The notes beneath the pieces were generated by a model that was given only the letters and a program-made list of their open reading frames with translations, searched no databases and was not told the DNA's origin. A program made the translations under genes and the position numbers. Below are positions 15,918-23,036 of a stretch of DNA of 64,000 bases, in pieces. Positions within the stretch are counted from its first letter, which is position 1. Each line of letters begins with the position of its first letter. The stretch is taken from the NCBI GenBank assembly GCA_964623375.1, contig CAZUTS010000002.1:126081-190080 (forward strand), in the 5' to 3' direction. The DNA comes from an uncultured Anaerolineaceae bacterium (GTDB taxonomy: Bacteria > Chloroflexota > Anaerolineae > Anaerolineales > UBA11579).

Positions 15918-17617
15918 GCCGCCGCATAGCAATATTGCTCCTGCTGGCGTTGGCGCTCAGCGCTTGCGAATTCTCGCTGGCCGGGGATGTAACCCCACCG
16001 CCGGATGCCATCATCAGCGGTGCGGAGAGCACGCCCGTGCCGGTGGAGTATCCGCCGGCGCCCGCAGACCCGATCGCTGGCGCTTTACTGTACGCGCAGA
16101 GCTGTGCGCCGTGCCACGGCGATAACGGCCGCGGCGATGGCCCCCAGGCCAACATGCTGCCTGTGCAGCCTGTGCCGATTGGCGTGAGTGAGCGCGCTGA
16201 TGCCGCCACGCCGGCCAACTGGTATCTGGCGATCACCCAGGGCAACCTGGATAACTTTATGCCCCCGTTTGTCAACCAACTCAGCTTGCAGCAGCGCTGG
16301 GATGTGCTCGCCTATGTCTATTCGCTCAGCCAGGATTCGTTGGCGGCCGAAGGCGGCGAGCAACTCTATACTGAGTACCAGGCGGCTGTGCAGGCCGCAC
16401 TGCCGCTGGCCGATATTCGCCAGATGGCCGGCTACAGCCGCAATGACATCCTGGCCGCCGTCGAGCCGGCTGTGCCCAGCCTGTCTTCGGCACAGCTGCT
16501 GGCGCTGACCTCGTACCTGCAAGCTATTTCGCTCGGTACACCGCCGCAACAGGCTCCCTCTGCTGAGGAGGAGAGCGCCCTCGGCAGCTTCCGTGGCCAG
16601 GTGGAAGACGGCACGGATGGCGAGCTGGCGGCCGGTTTGCAGGCGACCTTGTTTGGCTATGATGGCCAGACGCTGGCCTACACGGATGCAGTGAGCGTGG
16701 GCGCAAACGGCCGCTTCGCCTTTGATGCTGTGCCGCTGGGCGAAGGGCGCACTTTCTTTGCCTCGGTGGATTACTTGGGGCTGAGCTACTTCTCTGAATT
16801 TCTCGCCGATGGGCAAACCGAGTTTGAACATCCCATCACGGTCTACGAAACCACGCAGGACACCAGTCAGTTGGCCGTGGAGCGGCTGACCCTGATCCTG
16901 GAATTCGACACGCCCGGCTTTGTGCGCGTGGTGCAACAGTACCTGGTCTCCAATATCGGCACGCATGCTGTCACCCCGAATGCGGATGGCACACCGGTGC
17001 TGCTGTTCGACCTGCCGAGTGAAGCTACGGAGCTGGCCTTCAACGAGGGCCTCTTCGGCGAGCGTTACCTGCCCAGCGAGGGCGGCTTTGGTGACCTGCG
17101 TGCCATCCTGCCCGGCATGCAGAGCTACCAGTTGCTCTATGCCTACCAGATGCCCTATACGCGCAGCCTTGAGCTGCCGCTGAGTTTCAACATGCCAGCC
17201 CGCTCGGTAGTGGTGCTGGTGCAAGACAGTGATGTCACTTTGCACAACACAGACTTCAGCGAGATCGGCTCGCAAGAGATTGACGGCACCACCTACACTG
17301 CCTACCTTTCCAACCAGCCTTATTCTGTGGATGAGCAGCCCGAGTTGCAGCTGCGCGGCCGCAACCCGGCGGGCGGCGGCGGCTTGCAGGCCGTGCTGGC
17401 CAGCGACAATGTGGTCATCGGCCTGGCGGCGCTCACCGTGGCGGTAGGCTTGCTGTGGCTGTGGCTGCGCCGCATGCAGGCCGGGCCGGACCAGTTGCTG
17501 GCGCAGATCACGCGCCTGGATGAACGCTTTGCCCGCGGCGACATGGCCGAGAATGCGTACAAGCGCCAGCGTGCTGCCCTCAAGGCCCAACTGCGCCGCA
17601 GTGTAAAAGGTAAATGA
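15914..17617 (+). CDS. Membrane-tethered mono-heme c-type cytochrome lipoprotein with a beta-rich middle domain
   Basis: 567 aa. Lipobox 'LALSAC', heme motif 'CAPCHG', C-terminal TM 'VVIGLAALTVAVGLLWLWL' followed by 'LDERFARGDMAENAYKRQRAAL'. Confidence 0.7.
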   Translation: MSRRIAILLLLALALSACEFSLAGDVTPPPDAIISGAESTPVPVEYPPAPADPIAGALLYAQSCAPCHGDNGRGDGPQANMLPVQPVPIGVSERADAATPANWYLAITQGNLDNFMPPFVNQLSLQQRWDVLAYVYSLSQDSLAAEGGEQLYTEYQAAVQAALPLADIRQMAGYSRNDILAAVEPAVPSLSSAQLLALTSYLQAISLGTPPQQAPSAEEESALGSFRGQVEDGTDGELAAGLQATLFGYDGQTLAYTDAVSVGANGRFAFDAVPLGEGRTFFASVDYLGLSYFSEFLADGQTEFEHPITVYETTQDTSQLAVERLTLILEFDTPGFVRVVQQYLVSNIGTHAVTPNADGTPVLLFDLPSEATELAFNEGLFGERYLPSEGGFGDLRAILPGMQSYQLLYAYQMPYTRSLELPLSFNMPARSVVVLVQDSDVTLHNTDFSEIGSQEIDGTTYTAYLSNQPYSVDEQPELQLRGRNPAGGGGLQAVLASDNVVIGLAALTVAVGLLWLWLRRMQAGPDQLLAQITRLDERFARGDMAENAYKRQRAALKAQLRRSVKGK

Positions 17618-18318
17618 TCCAGGTCAAGAATCTCAGCAAGCGTTTTGGTTACCGTATGGCGCTGCACGGAGTAGATCTGCACGTACGCCGTGGGGAAGTG
17701 GTGGCCCTGCTCGGCCCCAATGGGGCGGGCAAGAGCACGCTGCTGCGCATTCTGGCCGGGCTGGCACAACCCACCGCCGGCCGCGTGCAGGTGGACGGCT
17801 GCCTGCTGCCACAGCAGGCGGCGGCCGCCCGCGCCCAGCTCGGTTACCTGGGCCACCAACCGCTTTTATATGATGACCTGACCGCTGACCAAAACCTGGA
17901 TTTCTTTGCACGCCTCTATAACGTACCCGCACCTGCAGAGCGCATTACTGAACTGCTGGAACTGGTAGCGCTGGACCACCGCCGCCGTGAAGCCGTGCGC
18001 GGCTTCTCACGCGGCATGCAGCAGCGCCTGGCGCTGGCGCGTGCGCTGTTGCACCGCCCACGCGTGCTGCTGCTGGATGAGCCGCACAGCGCTCTGGATC
18101 TGCAGACCGCTGATCTGCTGGATGAGGTTCTGCGCGCCGAAGCGCGTGCTGGCGCCAGCATCCTCATCGCCAGCCATGACCTGGGGCGGGTAGGTGGCCT
18201 GGTGCAGCGCGCTGAGCTGCTGGCCGATGGCCGCATCGCCGCCACCCTGCCTAAGGCCAAGCTGGGCGGCAAGCTGCCCGCGCATTATGAGAGGGCGCTC
18301 GAGGCTGCCAATGGCTAG
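17614..18318 (+). CDS. ccmA: Heme exporter ATP-binding protein CcmA
   Basis: 234 aa. 'GPNGAGKSTLL', 'FSRGMQQRLALARAL', 'LLLDEPHSALD'. Position directly upstream of ccmB/ccmC. Confidence 0.8.
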   Translation: MIQVKNLSKRFGYRMALHGVDLHVRRGEVVALLGPNGAGKSTLLRILAGLAQPTAGRVQVDGCLLPQQAAAARAQLGYLGHQPLLYDDLTADQNLDFFARLYNVPAPAERITELLELVALDHRRREAVRGFSRGMQQRLALARALLHRPRVLLLDEPHSALDLQTADLLDEVLRAEARAGASILIASHDLGRVGGLVQRAELLADGRIAATLPKAKLGGKLPAHYERALEAANG

Positions 18319-18985
18319 CTTCGTCTCCGCCGTCTGGGCCATCCTGCGCAAAGACCTGGCCGCCGAATGGCGCAGCCGCCAACTGGTCACCGCCATGCTG
18401 GTCTTTGTGGTGCTGGTCATCTTCATCTTTGCTTTCACGCTGGATATTGACACGCTCACCCGCCGCCAGATCGCCGCCGGCGTGCTGTGGACCACCTTTG
18501 CCTTCGCCGGCACCCTGGGGCTCAACCGCACCCTGGCCAGCGAGGGCGAGCGCGGCTCGCTGGATGGCCTGTTGCTGGCCCCGGTGGAGCGCAGCGCCAT
18601 CTACTTTGGCAAAACCCTGGCGAACTTATTTTTCATGCTGGTTGTGGAAATTTTCACGCTGCCGCTTTATGCTGTTTTCTACGATATGAACCTGGCACAG
18701 CCCGGCCTGTGGTTGGTGCTACTGCTGGGTTCGTGGTGCTTTTGCAGCGTGGGCACACTGTTGGCGGCCATGGCTGCCCAAGCCCGCAGCCGTGAACTGC
18801 TGCTGCCGGTGCTATTGTTCCCGCTGGTGCTGCCCGTGCTGGTATCCGCAGTGCGTGCCAGCAGCGCCTTTCTTAACGGCCTGGGTTTGGAGTACGCTCT
18901 GCCCAGCCTGAACATTTTGATCGCGTACGGCATCATCATGCCCGCCCTGGGCTTTATGGTTTTTGATTTCATTGTGGAGGAGTAG
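18311..18985 (+). CDS. ccmB: Heme exporter protein CcmB
   Basis: Start ATG 18311 (8-nt overlap with ccmA). 6-TM protein. 'SEGERGSLDGLLLAP' resembles the CcmB signature. Confidence 0.8.
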   Translation: MASFVSAVWAILRKDLAAEWRSRQLVTAMLVFVVLVIFIFAFTLDIDTLTRRQIAAGVLWTTFAFAGTLGLNRTLASEGERGSLDGLLLAPVERSAIYFGKTLANLFFMLVVEIFTLPLYAVFYDMNLAQPGLWLVLLLGSWCFCSVGTLLAAMAAQARSRELLLPVLLFPLVLPVLVSAVRASSAFLNGLGLEYALPSLNILIAYGIIMPALGFMVFDFIVEE

Positions 18986-18991
18986 TTTTAC

Positions 18992-19708
18992 ATGGCATCA
19001 ACTTCGTTAGACCGCAAGCCGCGCGCCTTGCATGCGCTGGACATTGTGTCCGCCCTGCTGATGGCGGCCACTATTTACATGGTGCTCTTCTATGCGCCTA
19101 CCGAGCGCGTGATGGGGCAGGTGCAACGCCTGTTTTACCTCCACGTGGCCAGCGCCTGGGTCAGTATGGCTGTGCTGATCCTCGCTGCTATTCTCGGCAT
19201 CGTGTATCTCGTTCGCCCGCAGAACAAGATCGATATCTGGGCCGTGGCCTGCATTGAGCTCGGCCTGGTGTACGCTTTCATCTGCGTCACCACCGGTGCC
19301 ATCTGGGCGCGCCCGGCCTGGAACACGTGGTGGACCTGGGATCCGCGTGTGGTGACCTTCACCATCCTCATTCTGGTCTACCTGGCTTATATGCTGCTGC
19401 GCCAGGGCATTGAAGACCCGCAGCGCCGTGCTCGCTTCGGCGCCATCTACGCCATCATGGCTTCGGTGACCGTGCCGCTGACCTATTTCTCGATCCGCAT
19501 TTGGCGCACCCTGCACCCGGTGGTGATCGGCAGTGGCGATCCCAGCGCACAGGGCACCTTTGACATGACGCGCCCCATGCTGCACACCCTGCTGTTCAGT
19601 CTGCTGGCTTTCAGCATTTTCGGCTTCACCTTGCTGTGGCACCGTGTGCGCCTGGGCTGGCTGGCCGATAGGGTAGAGCAACTGCGCATGAAGGCCCTGG
19701 GCCGCTAG
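18992..19708 (+). CDS. ccmC: Heme exporter protein CcmC
   Basis: 238 aa. WWD motif 'WARPAWNTWWTWDPRV'. Confidence 0.85.
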   Translation: MASTSLDRKPRALHALDIVSALLMAATIYMVLFYAPTERVMGQVQRLFYLHVASAWVSMAVLILAAILGIVYLVRPQNKIDIWAVACIELGLVYAFICVTTGAIWARPAWNTWWTWDPRVVTFTILILVYLAYMLLRQGIEDPQRRARFGAIYAIMASVTVPLTYFSIRIWRTLHPVVIGSGDPSAQGTFDMTRPMLHTLLFSLLAFSIFGFTLLWHRVRLGWLADRVEQLRMKALGR

Positions 19709-19717
19709 GAGAGAGAC

Positions 19718-19999
19718 ATGCCCATTGAAACCACCAACTACATGCTGCTCGGCTTTGCCGTAGCTTTCATCACTATTGGATTACATCTGGTGAGCTTCCC
19801 GCTGCGCACGCGCAACCTCAAGGCCGATCTGCAAGCGTTGGAGACCGTACCCAAGGCCAGCGCCAAAGCGACTGGCAAGAAGGTAGCTGCCAAGAAGGCC
19901 GCGCCCAAAAAGACGGCGAAGAAGGCTGCGAAGAAAGTAGCTAAGAAGACGGCCAAGAAAACTGCCAAGAAAACTGCTAAGAGGACAGCCCGCCGTTAG
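19718..19999 (+). CDS. CcmD-like single-TM protein with a long Lys/Ala-rich (AKKT)n tail
   Basis: 93 aa. TM 'YMLLGFAVAFITIGLHLVSF' immediately after ccmC. Tail 'KKVAAKKAAPKKTAKKAAKKVAKKTAKKTAKKTAKRTARR' is encoded by 12-nt tandem repeats. Confidence 0.5.
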   Translation: MPIETTNYMLLGFAVAFITIGLHLVSFPLRTRNLKADLQALETVPKASAKATGKKVAAKKAAPKKTAKKAAKKVAKKTAKKTAKKTAKRTARR

Positions 20000-20075
20000 G
20001 CCGACACCACTAGGCGCACACCCCTGGGTGTAGCTTAGTGGCGTATGCTGCCTACCATAGGTAGCAGTACAGTAC

Positions 20076-20116
20076 ACGGGTGGGGCATTCACGCAGTGAG
20101 TGCTCCACCCGTTTTG
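20076..20116 (+). terminator. Terminator hairpin after the ccm cluster
   Basis: acgggtgg...ccacccgt outer stem with inner gcattcac/gtgagtgc pairing, followed by tttt. Confidence 0.55.
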
Positions 20117-20127
20117 CATTTCTACGC

Positions 20128-20133
20128 TAGAAT
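20128..20133 (+). promoter_or_regulatory. -10 box TAGAAT 6 nt upstream of ATG 20140; leaderless-type
   Basis: cgcTAGAATgcaaaaATG. Confidence 0.4.
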
Positions 20134-20139
20134 GCAAAA

Positions 20140-21471
20140 ATGCCCACAACTAAGAAAGCCTCCGCCACCAAAGCAGCGCCCGCCAGCCGTTGGTCTTCCA
20201 CCACCAAGTTGGTGGTGGGTCTTAGCCTGGTCGCCATGTTGGCCGCCATCCTGGTGCGCTTCAACTACTTGATCGGCCCGTTGCTGCTGGCTTTCATCAT
20301 TTCATACCTGCTGCATCCCTTGGTAACCAGGCTGTCTGAAGCCACGCGCTTGAAGTGGCGTGCGGCGGTCAGCCTTATCTTCGTCTTGTTCCTGGGGGCC
20401 GTGGTGTGGCTCTCCATCCTGGGCGGCTCGGCCGCGGTGGAGCAGATCGGTGCACTGATCACGGCCGGGCAGGAGCTGGTGACCGGCCTGCCCGAATTTG
20501 CCAGCCAGTTGGCTGAGCAGACCATCCATATTGGCCCGTTCAATATTCAGTTTGCTGATATAGAGCGCCTGCTGGAAGAAGAGTTCAGTCTTGACTTCGT
20601 TGCCCTCGGGCAGCAGCTGCTGTCTGCGCTGCAGCCGCTGCTGGGGCAGGCCGGCAGCCTGCTGGGTCGCCTGGCCACCGGTGCGCTCAGCACGCTGGGC
20701 TGGGCTGCCTTCATCTTCATCATCTCGTATTTCCTGTTGGTCGATTCGGAGAGCTTTCCCTCCTTCTTCGCCCAGATCGCCAGCACCGGCTATGACGCCG
20801 ATGTGCGCCGTATCGGGCGTGAGCTCTCGCGCATTTGGGATACCTTCTTGCGCGGCCAATTGGTCATCATCTCCCTTGTGGTAGTGAGCTATTTCATTCT
20901 GATGACAGTGCTGGGTGTGCACAATGCCATTGGTCTGGCTTTCCTGACTGGCCTAGCCAAGTTTGTTCCCTATGTCGGCCCGGTGGTGGCAGGCGGCACC
21001 GCTGCCTTGGTGGCGTACTTTCAGCAGGGCGGTAATTATCTGGGTATTGAGCCGTTTACCTACTCGGCCATTGTGGTGATTGGCACCTTGGTGTTGGACC
21101 AGGTCTTCGATAACCTGGTCAGCCCGCGCATCTTTGGCAAATCCCTGGGCGTGCACCCCGCCGCCGTGCTGGTGGCGGCCCTGGTGGCCACCAGCCTGCT
21201 CGGCTTTGTGGGGCTGCTGATGGCAGCCCCCGTGCTGGCCAGCTTGCAGATGTTGCTGCGCTTTGCCATCCGCAAGATGCTGGATCTCAACCCCTGGCCT
21301 GAGCGTGAAGTTCGGCAGTTAGAGCCGGTGGGGGCAGGGTTGGCACAACGCTTGCAAGGTCAATGGCAGGTATTGCGCACGCGTCTGCAGCAGTGGTACA
21401 AGGCATGGCGCAAGCGCAACACTACGCGCACCGCTGCGCGTAGTACGCCTGCCAAACGCAAGCAGAAGTAG
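20140..21471 (+). CDS. AI-2E family transporter (PerM/UPF0118)
   Basis: 443 aa polytopic. 'LAKFVPYVGPVVAG' is a typical AI-2E motif. Basic N- and C-termini. Confidence 0.8.
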   Translation: MPTTKKASATKAAPASRWSSTTKLVVGLSLVAMLAAILVRFNYLIGPLLLAFIISYLLHPLVTRLSEATRLKWRAAVSLIFVLFLGAVVWLSILGGSAAVEQIGALITAGQELVTGLPEFASQLAEQTIHIGPFNIQFADIERLLEEEFSLDFVALGQQLLSALQPLLGQAGSLLGRLATGALSTLGWAAFIFIISYFLLVDSESFPSFFAQIASTGYDADVRRIGRELSRIWDTFLRGQLVIISLVVVSYFILMTVLGVHNAIGLAFLTGLAKFVPYVGPVVAGGTAALVAYFQQGGNYLGIEPFTYSAIVVIGTLVLDQVFDNLVSPRIFGKSLGVHPAAVLVAALVATSLLGFVGLLMAAPVLASLQMLLRFAIRKMLDLNPWPEREVRQLEPVGAGLAQRLQGQWQVLRTRLQQWYKAWRKRNTTRTAARSTPAKRKQK

Positions 21472-21489
21472 CTTGTAAAAAACTTGGCC

Positions 21490-21517
21490 GCAAGATTCTT
21501 ACTAGCAAGAATCTTGC
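21490..21517 (+). terminator. Perfect 11-bp hairpin after the AI-2E gene (terminator or operator)
   Basis: gcaagattctt-actagc-aagaatcttgc. The downstream T-tract is weak (tagtttgg). Confidence 0.35.
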
Positions 21518-21550
21518 TAGTTTGGCGTATACTTTAATGCCCTTTTTGGG

Positions 21551-22918
21551 GTGTATTTTTTGATGTCTATGGTCAAAACTGCCATTGTTCTCACCCCCAG
21601 CCCCGGCTTTGGCGAAATGGTACGCCAACTGCTTGCGGACGCACAGGATGTGCGCCCGCAAGTTTTGGCGTCTCCCGATGCCGCCCTCAAAGCGGCCACA
21701 AATGGCTTGGATCTCCTGGTGCTGGACACTGATTTTGCAGACATGGACATTGCCGCCTACCTGGCCAGCGTGCAGCAAGCCGCACCGCAGGCCAAAACCA
21801 TCTTGATCCTGTCTGAAGACACTCCCGCCGATGGCTGGGAGCAGGCTGGCGCCAGCGCGGTGCTGCCGCAGCCTTTTTACCTGCCTGACTTGGCCGCGGC
21901 GATTGAAGTCTTATATGGCCCGCTGCACGTGCGTGAAGAGGCTGCCACGGCGCGCTTCGGTAGCGCTGCCGTAGCAGTACGCCCGGCGCAGGCGCCAAGC
22001 CGTGCCGCCCCGGCATGGCTTGCTGATACGGCGCTCTCGGTGCAGCATTTGGCGCAACTTTCGATGGAGTCGGCTTCGCAGGCGGCGCTGATCACGCGTG
22101 GCTCGCAGGTGTGGGCCTATGCTGGCGAGCTGCCCCAGGCGGCCGCCAACGAATTGGCGGCCGCCGTGTCCAACGGCGGTGAAGCCGCTGCAGACGTGGC
22201 GCGCTTCGTGCGCCTAGAAGCTACTGGCGCCGATTACATGCTATATGCCACCCCGCTGGGCAGCGATTACAAGCTGGCCGTGGTATTTGATACGCAAGTG
22301 CCGTTCAGCAAGATGCGCACGCAGGTAGACAAGATGGCTACGGCGATGAGCGCGGTAACGGCGAAGAGCGCGGTGGTTGAGGTGCAGGCCGTGACCGCTG
22401 CCAACGCCCCAGCCGCTAAGACACCAAGCATGCCCGCTGCCGACTTTGCTGGCGAGCCTGCCATGCCGCCTTCAAACGCACCACCGCGCGTGCGCTGGCT
22501 GCCCGCCAGCGAGGCAAGTGCCGCTGGCGGCCAGACGCTGCTGAGCTATGCCTATGTGCTGGCGCCGCGCCTGCCGGAGCACCGTTTGGAAGGTGACCTG
22601 GCCGAGAAGCTGGCCGCCTGGCTGCCGCAGCTGTGCGTGGCCTTCGCCTGGCGGCTGGAGCATCTCAGCATTCAGCCGGGCTTCATCCAATGGATGGTGA
22701 GCCTGCCAGCGGAGACGGCGCCTGAGCGCGTGGTGCATATGCTGGAAACGCACCTCTCCGAGCGCGTCTTCGAAGAGTTCACCCGCCTCAAGCGAGACAA
22801 TCCCTCAGGCCAATTCTTTGCACCAGGATTCCTGATTATGAATGGCGGCTTGCCCACGGATGCGCAGGTGACGGATTTCATCAAGCACACGCGCACTCGC
22901 CAGGGTATTCCAACATAG
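21551..22918 (+). CDS. Three-module protein: degenerate receiver (REC)-like, Roadblock/LC7 (MglB)-like, and catalytically inactivated IS200/Y1-transposase-like C-terminal domain
   Basis: 455 aa. aa 8-125 have a REC pattern ('LDLLVLDTDFADMD', 'ILILSED', 'PQPF'). aa 165-265 'ALITRGSQVWAYAGELP...DYMLYATPLGSDYKLAVVFD'. aa 328-452 align colinearly to IS608 TnpA, but HUH becomes 'FIQW' and the catalytic Tyr becomes Phe ('TDFIKH'). Confidence 0.5.
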   Translation: MYFLMSMVKTAIVLTPSPGFGEMVRQLLADAQDVRPQVLASPDAALKAATNGLDLLVLDTDFADMDIAAYLASVQQAAPQAKTILILSEDTPADGWEQAGASAVLPQPFYLPDLAAAIEVLYGPLHVREEAATARFGSAAVAVRPAQAPSRAAPAWLADTALSVQHLAQLSMESASQAALITRGSQVWAYAGELPQAAANELAAAVSNGGEAAADVARFVRLEATGADYMLYATPLGSDYKLAVVFDTQVPFSKMRTQVDKMATAMSAVTAKSAVVEVQAVTAANAPAAKTPSMPAADFAGEPAMPPSNAPPRVRWLPASEASAAGGQTLLSYAYVLAPRLPEHRLEGDLAEKLAAWLPQLCVAFAWRLEHLSIQPGFIQWMVSLPAETAPERVVHMLETHLSERVFEEFTRLKRDNPSGQFFAPGFLIMNGGLPTDAQVTDFIKHTRTRQGIPT

Positions 22919-23024
22919 TGAGCTGTGAGCAGGGAACAGTGAATAGTGAGCAGTCGCTAAGTTTTGCTGATTCCTGATTACTGTTCACTCCTCACTCCTC
23001 ACTAGTTACTCGCCTCTCCCCTAG

Positions 23025-23030
23025 TACAAT
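23025..23030 (+). promoter_or_regulatory. -10 box TACAAT 6 nt upstream of the polA ATG; leaderless-type
   Basis: ctagTACAATctttgcATG. Confidence 0.4.
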
Positions 23031-23036
23031 CTTTGC

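Noticed and set aside
19718-19999. Possibility that the Lys/Ala-rich ORF is a histone-like DNA-binding protein gene rather than part of ccm.
   Set aside because: The N-terminal hydrophobic helix and the 9-nt spacing after ccmC fit the CcmD position better. It is kept as CcmD-like with an unusual tail.
20025-20100. tRNA-like string 'gggtgtagcttagtggcgtatgctgcctaccataggtagcag'.
   Set aside because: The D-loop-like 'tagcttagtgg' is present, but there is no T-arm (GTTCGAAT-type), no acceptor-stem complementarity and no proper anticodon arm spacing. The region is better explained as terminator hairpins.
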